From: Candidatus Woesearchaeota archaeon
Lineage (GTDB): Archaea; Nanobdellota; Nanobdellia; Woesearchaeales; JAAOYA01
Assembly: GCA_018221105.1 (NCBI GenBank)
Contig: JAAOYA010000006.1
Location: 1 to 32,834 of the forward strand
DNA length: 32,834 nucleotides
Direction: 5' to 3'
Shown here: positions 27,155 to 32,834 of the stretch, in pieces
Layout: every line of letters begins with the position of its first letter
Numbering within the stretch: position 1 is the stretch's first letter
The notes under the pieces: generated by a model
Told to the model about the DNA's origin: nothing
The model's database searches: none
Seen by the model: only the letters and a program-made list of their open reading frames with translations
Position numbers and translations under genes: made by a program

Positions 27155-29429
27155 ACATTTTCACAAAGCATTGTACGTTTTTACAATTATATTGTTACTT
27201 GCAGGTTTAACAATAACTTTTTGGCAAGGCCCAACAATCACAGGTTATGCTATAAGCAATCAAAATAATTTGTTAATAACACCTTATTGTGAAGGCTATG
27301 ACCTTACAAAACTAACAGAATCATCTTTTAGTGCTTGTCAGCCCTACACCGCGCTTTTTAGCACTTACAAACCGCGAGAGATGGACTTATTACTTTTTAT
27401 GGCATTAGCAATGCAAGAGTCAAGCTGCAATCCAAACATCAATGATGGAGGAATACTGCAAGTTGATAAGGTATGCCTGCAAGAAAAAAAATGTGACACT
27501 ATAGAAAAACAATTTGAAGAAGGAGCAAAAGTGTTAGAGATAGAAATAAAAAATACATTAAAAACAAATGTTGACAACCAACACGCTTACGCATTCACAT
27601 TCTTTGGCTATAATCGTGGTGCAACAACAATGAAAAATGCTATAGATTATTACAAAGATGGTGAACAACCATTTTTTGCAATGAAAAGAGCCTGTGATGA
27701 AGTATTCAAAGGCGAAACAGACCGTTACGGTCGAGACAAGTGTAATGCTGCAGGCTACGGGCCATATTATCCTGCAAGCGTTTTTGAAAGATTCAGTAGT
27801 GCTTGTGGCGAGCTTGGAGGAACAGTAGTTGGAGATGTTTACAGCGTAAAATACACAGGTGCTTTAGGAGTGTTAGGTCAATACAATATAAAACCATCTT
27901 TTAGCACAACCCAAACCGTCAACTTAAGTGTTTATGATTATTTACAATCAAAAGCACAAGAACTAATCAATGATTGCTCGAGCGTTGATGACAAAGATGA
28001 ATGCGTAGAACAAAAAATCAGCCAATTCACAAGTGTGAATTTAGAGTGGAGTCTTGACTGCGATGAACAACCAGAATTTGTTGAATTAGTGCAAAATTAT
28101 CAAGAATGCTTAGAAACAACAGATAATGATTGTTATTGTCCACTACCAAAGAAAAATTTCAAGGTTGAAGATTTTACAGAATTAATTTTTGAAAATGGCA
28201 AGACAAGTTTTAAAATGACGACTAAAACAAAACCAGTAACTCAATTGTATGTTGATGATGGGGGACTTTGCATTATCGAAGATAATAATCGACAAATCAT
28301 AAAAGAACAAAGATTGCTATATCAAGAAGACACGCGAGGACAAAAAATTTTTATTGAAAATCAACCAAAATATTTAACACAACCCTACTTATATTATTAT
28401 AATGATACTGGAGGCTCGCATGCTTGTTTTACAGTCTCGGATAATTTTCCAATCACGCAAGCAGAACCTGCACCTTTATGCAAGTTGCAACCTAAAGCTT
28501 ACAAATTATGCGTAAAAACAAACAATGATGTAATAGGGTTTGATAGTAACACGCAGAAAATTAAAGAACAAAACTTAACGTATAAGTTTGCGCTTCGATT
28601 AGAACAAACAGCCCTGCCGCCAATAAACAATTTAGAAGTTTTAGACAAAGCTGGCAGTGAAGACAAAATATTGTTGGTTTTTGACGAGGCAAAAAGCAAA
28701 AACATAGACTATTATAACATATATATTGCAGAACAATCTTTTATTGATTATCCAATAACCAACCATCAAGTAAAAGCACCATTTGGCGTGCAAAACATTA
28801 CAATAAAAGCGACAAGCCCAAACAATTACCAATTAACACAACCACTAACAACTTGCACTTTTGTAAAGATTGGCGAGCCATGCCGTTTTACAGAACAACA
28901 AATACTAATAGAGCCTAACAAATTATACAAAATCAACGACCAACTAGTAATAGCACTAAAAGATTTTGAGACAACAAAAAATTATTACATTGCAATAACA
29001 GTAATCGACAAAACAGGACTAGAGATTGACAACACTAAAACAGATCAATTACTAGAATACAACAAAAACTACGCTCAAATAACATCAATTGATGACTTAG
29101 GCCCAGGACCTGTAAGCTTTAAACTAGCAGGACTAACAACTAATGAGATAACGCTAGATTGGGATAAGCCAGCAAACCTTGATGGCAGCACAATTGACGA
29201 CTTAGAAAAATACTTAGTTTTTTCGCAAGCAATTAATACTGATCAAAACTGCAATATTGATGAATTATTACAAGAAACACCACAAGAAAAAATAGCATTA
29301 GCGATAAGCACTAGACTAACAAGAACTGCAGGACAAAAACAATGTATTACTATAATGGCAAAAGACAAACAAGACAATCCTTCTAACGAGCAAGTCAAAA
29401 ACTTCTTACAAGTATACAGTCTCGAATAA
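27147..29429 (+). CDS. Secreted/anchored SLT-type lytic transglycosylase (lysozyme-like fold) with C-terminal FN3-like domains
   Basis: 760 aa from the ATG at 27147, with an N-terminal TM plus GPTITGYAI. SLT motifs are ALAMQESS (catalytic Glu), GGILQV and FGYNRG. FN3-like segments are IDYYNIY..YYIAITVID and ITLDWDKPANLDGSTIDDLEKY. Confidence 0.8.
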   Translation: MDKHFHKALYVFTIILLLAGLTITFWQGPTITGYAISNQNNLLITPYCEGYDLTKLTESSFSACQPYTALFSTYKPREMDLLLFMALAMQESSCNPNINDGGILQVDKVCLQEKKCDTIEKQFEEGAKVLEIEIKNTLKTNVDNQHAYAFTFFGYNRGATTMKNAIDYYKDGEQPFFAMKRACDEVFKGETDRYGRDKCNAAGYGPYYPASVFERFSSACGELGGTVVGDVYSVKYTGALGVLGQYNIKPSFSTTQTVNLSVYDYLQSKAQELINDCSSVDDKDECVEQKISQFTSVNLEWSLDCDEQPEFVELVQNYQECLETTDNDCYCPLPKKNFKVEDFTELIFENGKTSFKMTTKTKPVTQLYVDDGGLCIIEDNNRQIIKEQRLLYQEDTRGQKIFIENQPKYLTQPYLYYYNDTGGSHACFTVSDNFPITQAEPAPLCKLQPKAYKLCVKTNNDVIGFDSNTQKIKEQNLTYKFALRLEQTALPPINNLEVLDKAGSEDKILLVFDEAKSKNIDYYNIYIAEQSFIDYPITNHQVKAPFGVQNITIKATSPNNYQLTQPLTTCTFVKIGEPCRFTEQQILIEPNKLYKINDQLVIALKDFETTKNYYIAITVIDKTGLEIDNTKTDQLLEYNKNYAQITSIDDLGPGPVSFKLAGLTTNEITLDWDKPANLDGSTIDDLEKYLVFSQAINTDQNCNIDELLQETPQEKIALAISTRLTRTAGQKQCITIMAKDKQDNPSNEQVKNFLQVYSLE

Positions 29430-29469
29430 AAAACTTTTTATATACCCTAATCGGGCCAGTTTTAGGTGA
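29428..29469 (+). promoter_or_regulatory. TATA promoter and SD for rpa
   Basis: AAAAAAC-TTTTTATATA (to 29444) and AGGTGA (29464-29469) precede the TTG at 29474. Confidence 0.6.
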
Positions 29470-29473
29470 AACA

Positions 29474-30460
29474 TTGATACGAATGCCAACAAGTCAAATA
29501 ATCGACAAAATAATAAGTGAAACAGACCTGACAGAAACAGAAATTAAAGGTCGAATACAACAAAAACTTGACGCACTATCAGGACTAATAAGTGAAGAAG
29601 GAGCAGCGCACATAGTAGCAAACGAGCTAAGCATAAAACTATTCGATGCTGGAGGGAGACTACAAATAAAAAACATATTATCAGGAATGAGAAGTGTAGA
29701 AACAATTGGTAAAGTCACTAACATATTTGAAATTCGAGAATTTGAAAATGCACGTGGAAAAGGAAAAGTCGCAAACATAATAATAGGCGATGAAACAGGA
29801 CGCATCAGAATAGCAATTTGGGGAAGCAAAGCAGACAAAATAAAAGAATTAAAAGAAAACGATATAGTAAAAATAAAAAATGGTTACGTGCGAGAAAACC
29901 AAGGACGCAAAGAAGTACACTTAAACGATAACTCAGAATTGACAATCAATCCAAGCGATGAAACAATAGGAGAAGTATTACAAACTCCAGGTTTTGGCTA
30001 CACAAGAAAAAACATCAACGAACTAAAAAATGACGATAATGTAGAAATAATGGGTTTTATAGTGCAAGCGTTTGAGCCACGATTCTATGAAGTATGCCCG
30101 CAATGCAGCAAGAAACTAAAAAACAAAGAAGAAACACTAGTCTGTGACGAACATGGAATAGTAACACCAGATTATTCATACGTTCTAAACTTTCAAGTCG
30201 ATGACGGAACAGACATCATAAGAGCAGTAGCGTTTCGTCAACAAACACAAAAACTATTAGATAAAACGCACGAACAAGTGTTAATACTGCGCGAAAAACT
30301 AGAGAACTTTGAGTCAATAAAAAAAGAATTATTAGGAGAACAAGTAAAACTAGTGGGACGTGCACAACAAAACAATATGTTTGACCGTTTAGAATTTGTA
30401 ACACAATTAGTCTTTGCAAAACCATCACCAGAAGACGAAATCAAACGTTTAGAACAATGA
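29474..30460 (+). CDS. rpa: Replication protein A (archaeal ssDNA-binding; two OB folds and Zn ribbon)
   Basis: 328 aa; GLISEEGAAHIVANEL N-domain; GKVANIIIGDETGRIRIAIW; CPQC...CDEH; VDDGTDIIRAVAF. Confidence 0.9.
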   Translation: MIRMPTSQIIDKIISETDLTETEIKGRIQQKLDALSGLISEEGAAHIVANELSIKLFDAGGRLQIKNILSGMRSVETIGKVTNIFEIREFENARGKGKVANIIIGDETGRIRIAIWGSKADKIKELKENDIVKIKNGYVRENQGRKEVHLNDNSELTINPSDETIGEVLQTPGFGYTRKNINELKNDDNVEIMGFIVQAFEPRFYEVCPQCSKKLKNKEETLVCDEHGIVTPDYSYVLNFQVDDGTDIIRAVAFRQQTQKLLDKTHEQVLILREKLENFESIKKELLGEQVKLVGRAQQNNMFDRLEFVTQLVFAKPSPEDEIKRLEQ

Positions 30461-30828
30461 ACGGCTTAACACACTTATTAATAGGTTATGTTTTTGGACT
30501 ACTATTCTTGAAAATTTACAACGCACAAAACCCGGCAGTATTTATCATATTTGTAGGACTAGCAGCACTAATGCCAGACATTGACAATTCAAAAAGCACA
30601 GTAGGGAATAAAATAAAAATTATAGGATGGTTATTCAAACACCGCGGATTCTTTCACACACTATGGGCTGCGCTAATGTTTAGCGTATTGGCTTATGCTT
30701 TTAGTAAAGAAATTGCAATAGCAGTACTTGTAGGATACACTAGTCACCTACTAAGCGATTCACTAACACCTATGGGTGTTAGGCCACTATGGCCAATAAG
30801 CAAAAAAAAGCTCAAACTCGTCAAATAA
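30457..30828 (+). CDS. Membrane-bound metal-dependent hydrolase (YdjM family)
   Basis: 123 aa; TH, MPDID, HRGFFH and HLLSDSLTPMGV..LWP motifs separated by hydrophobic helices. Confidence 0.88.
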   Translation: MNGLTHLLIGYVFGLLFLKIYNAQNPAVFIIFVGLAALMPDIDNSKSTVGNKIKIIGWLFKHRGFFHTLWAALMFSVLAYAFSKEIAIAVLVGYTSHLLSDSLTPMGVRPLWPISKKKLKLVK

Positions 30829-30991
30829 CTCAATCTCACTGGTCACTGGACAAGTCCGTGTGAGAGTTATAAACAACTTCTACCATTATACTAGTAAAGG
30901 CCCCAAAAGCCAAACAAAAAATTGAACTCTTCGGACCAACAACTAATTGTTGGTATGAAACAAGAACCGAAAAGGAACCGAGGTAAAAAAC

Positions 30992-31255
30992 ATGAACAAC
31001 CAACCAGAAAAAAAATTCAGAATTGGCAGCATCAGTGCCACAATATGGAAAAATAGTGCCCTAAACAAACAAGGAGAAGAAACAAGCTTCAACACAATAT
31101 CAATAGAGCGGGGCTACAAAGACAAAAACGATGAGTGGCAATCAACTAATTCTTTGCGAGTAGGAGACCTGCCAAAAGCAGAACTAGTACTAAAAAAAGC
31201 CTACGAGCACATAATGCTAGATAATAGTGCAGACCAAGAGTCTGCACAAGCATAA
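30992..31255 (+). CDS. Conserved small hypothetical protein, possible ssDNA-binding protein
   Basis: 87 aa; [17 protein letters not shown]...[20 protein letters not shown]...DLPKA; SD GAGGT at 30980-30984; immediately upstream of radA. Confidence 0.75.
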   Translation: MNNQPEKKFRIGSISATIWKNSALNKQGEETSFNTISIERGYKDKNDEWQSTNSLRVGDLPKAELVLKKAYEHIMLDNSADQESAQA

Positions 31256-31281
31256 AATTAAAAAATACAAAGGTGATACAA

Positions 31282-32319
31282 ATGGATATTCAAGCAATAA
31301 CACAACAAGAAGATATATTACAAGAAGAAATAATTGAAGAAAAAATAACAAAGAAAAACAAAAAAATGACCAAAGAAGAAGCCAAAGAACCAACACTATA
31401 TGACTTGCCAGGAGTAGGAGCTGCAACAGCAGAAAAACTAGAAAGCGCAGGCTACAACAATTTAATGTCAGTAGCAGTAGCCTCAGTAGGACAATTAGTG
31501 GACGTGGCAGGAGTAACAGAGGCAAACGCTAGAAAAATCATCAATGCAGCACGCTCATCAATGAACATGGGATTTGAGAGCGGTCAAGCACTACTAGCAA
31601 AGCGAGAAAAAATCATTAAAATACAAACAGGCTCGCAAAACCTCAATCAATTAGTAGGTGGCGGTTTTGAGACAAGCGCCATAACAGAAGTTTTTGGAGA
31701 GTTCGGAAGTGGAAAAACACAAATCGCACACGTTCTAGCAGTCAGAATACAAGAACAAGACCCAAGCGCTATAGCAGTATACGTTGATACAGAAAACACT
31801 TTCAGACCAGAAAGAATAAACCAACTATCACAAGGTGTTGGATTAGATCCTGACAAAGTATTAAAAAACATCAAAGTGGCAAGAGCATACAATTCAGACC
31901 ATCAAATGCTACTAGCAGAAAAAATCAATGATTTAATAATAAAAGACAAACTAAACGTAAAACTAGTAGTCATAGATTCTCTAACAGCACATTTTAGGGC
32001 AGAATTCATTGGTCGTGGAACACTAGCTGAAAGACAACAAAAACTCAACAGGCACATGCACGTACTATTAAGACTTGCTGACACACACAACTTAACAGTG
32101 CTAGTGACAAACCAAGTAATGTCGAAACCCGACATGTTCTTTGGCGATCCAACAACAGCAATTGGAGGCCATATAGTAGCACACGCTTCAACTTTTAGAA
32201 TATACTTGCGAAAAGGAAAAAAAGGTTCCAGGGTAGCAAAACTTATTGACAGCCCAAACCTTCCAGAAGGAGAATGTGCTTTTATGGTAGAACAAAGTGG
32301 TCTAACAGACGTCAACTAA
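31282..32319 (+). CDS. radA: DNA repair and recombination protein RadA
   Basis: Hh[14 protein letters not shown], Walker [19 protein letters not shown], Walker [18 protein letters not shown] and [16 protein letters not shown] (31271-31276) favours the ATG at 31282 (345 aa). No intein. Confidence 0.97.
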   Translation: MDIQAITQQEDILQEEIIEEKITKKNKKMTKEEAKEPTLYDLPGVGAATAEKLESAGYNNLMSVAVASVGQLVDVAGVTEANARKIINAARSSMNMGFESGQALLAKREKIIKIQTGSQNLNQLVGGGFETSAITEVFGEFGSGKTQIAHVLAVRIQEQDPSAIAVYVDTENTFRPERINQLSQGVGLDPDKVLKNIKVARAYNSDHQMLLAEKINDLIIKDKLNVKLVVIDSLTAHFRAEFIGRGTLAERQQKLNRHMHVLLRLADTHNLTVLVTNQVMSKPDMFFGDPTTAIGGHIVAHASTFRIYLRKGKKGSRVAKLIDSPNLPEGECAFMVEQSGLTDVN

Positions 32320-32339
32320 GACGTCAAATTCTTTTTTTT
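32308..32339 (+). terminator. Probable radA terminator
   Basis: GACGTC-AACTAA-GACGTC can form a 6-bp hairpin and is followed by a T8 run at 32332-32339. Confidence 0.55.
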
Positions 32340-32424
32340 AGAATATTTTATAAAATAAAAAAGTTTTCCCAATACTAAATAGCTCAACAGAGCAAAACTA
32401 ATACATAATAAGGTGAAATAAAAC

Positions 32425-32834
32425 ATGGAAAGAAATAGATTTGGTGGAGGACAAAGATTTGTCCCGGTAAGAGAGGGTGACGAGTTAGATGTCACAATAG
32501 AAGCTGTCGGAGAAAAAGGCGATGGCATCGCAAAAAAAGACGGTTTCGTACTATTTGTGCCAAACGCCAAAGAAGGCGACACAGTACGAGTTAAAGTGAG
32601 TAAAGTTTTAAGAAAGGTAGGCTTTGCAGATATAGTAGGTGAAGCAAAAGAAGCACCAGCACAAGACAAAGCAACCAAAGAAGAGTCAACAGCAGAACCA
32701 GCAGATGAAGCAGGACCTGAAGACTCTGAAGACTTTGGCGAAGAAGACTCTGAAGAAGCTAAGGAAGATGCTGAAGAAGTGACTGAGGAAGAACCTGAAG
32801 CAGAAGAAGAGCCAGCAGTCGAAGAAGCTAAGGA
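32425..32834 (+). CDS. Stand-alone TRAM-domain RNA-binding protein with long acidic tail (3'-truncated; not in ORF track)
   Basis: MERNRFGGGQRFVPVREGDELDVTIEAVGEKGDGIAKKDGFVLFVPNAKEGDTVRVKVSKVLRKVGFADIV, followed by an E/D/A/P-rich tail running off the window. SD AGGTGA at 32411-32416. Confidence 0.9.
   Translation, partial: MERNRFGGGQRFVPVREGDELDVTIEAVGEKGDGIAKKDGFVLFVPNAKEGDTVRVKVSKVLRKVGFADIVGEAKEAPAQDKATKEESTAEPADEAGPEDSEDFGEEDSEEAKEDAEEVTEEEPEAEEEPAVEEAK

Noticed and set aside
24177..29429. Prophage lysis cassette or bacterial cell-division operon as the source of the hydrolases
   Set aside because: There are no holin, capsid, terminase, integrase, fts or mur genes. The enzymes are fused to archaeal-type N-termini and preceded by a TATA promoter.
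30829..30991. tRNA or other known structural RNA in the intergenic gap
   Set aside because: No cloverleaf or T-loop (GTTCRA) consensus, and too AT-rich. Kept only as a possible cis-element.
31282..32319. Intein in RadA or assignment as RadB
   Set aside because: The length is normal and uninterrupted after Walker A. The N-terminal HhH domain is present, which indicates RadA.
1238..32678. Numerous short minus-strand and off-frame ORFs in the track (e.g. 1238-1420, 17905-18411, 21857-22156, 31902-32315, 32316-32678)
   Set aside because: They are antisense or frame shadows of well-supported + strand genes and have no motifs. 32316-32678 is the reverse of the TRAM gene.

Overview
This AT-rich archaeal chromosomal window is almost entirely + strand. 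The archaeal assignment rests on the housekeeping markers: RNase P subunit Rpp30, RPA with a Zn ribbon, RadA, a stand-alone TRAM protein and BRE/TATA promoters. The style of the hypothetical proteins suggests a DPANN archaeon, probably Woesearchaeota/Pacearchaeota-like (inferred from family resemblance, not searched). Between rpp30 and the rpa-radA block lies a ~28 kb cell-surface locus with three parts. (i) Five large secreted Cys/Asp-rich adhesin-like proteins (1372-18535). (ii) About 16 genes with archaeal class III (type IV prepilin-like) N-termini, two of them tiny ORFs missing from the ORF track (22035-22139, 23095-23238). (iii) A separately promoted terminal sub-operon (24177-29429) encoding three complementary peptidoglycan hydrolases with catalytic motifs apparently intact: an Amidase_3 and an M23/LytM endopeptidase, each fused to a pilin-like N-terminus, and an SLT-type lytic transglycosylase. 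Archaea lack peptidoglycan, so the best candidate novel system is a pilus-displayed murein-degrading apparatus for attaching to and breaching bacterial cells. All domain calls were made by eye from motifs; no database searches were run.
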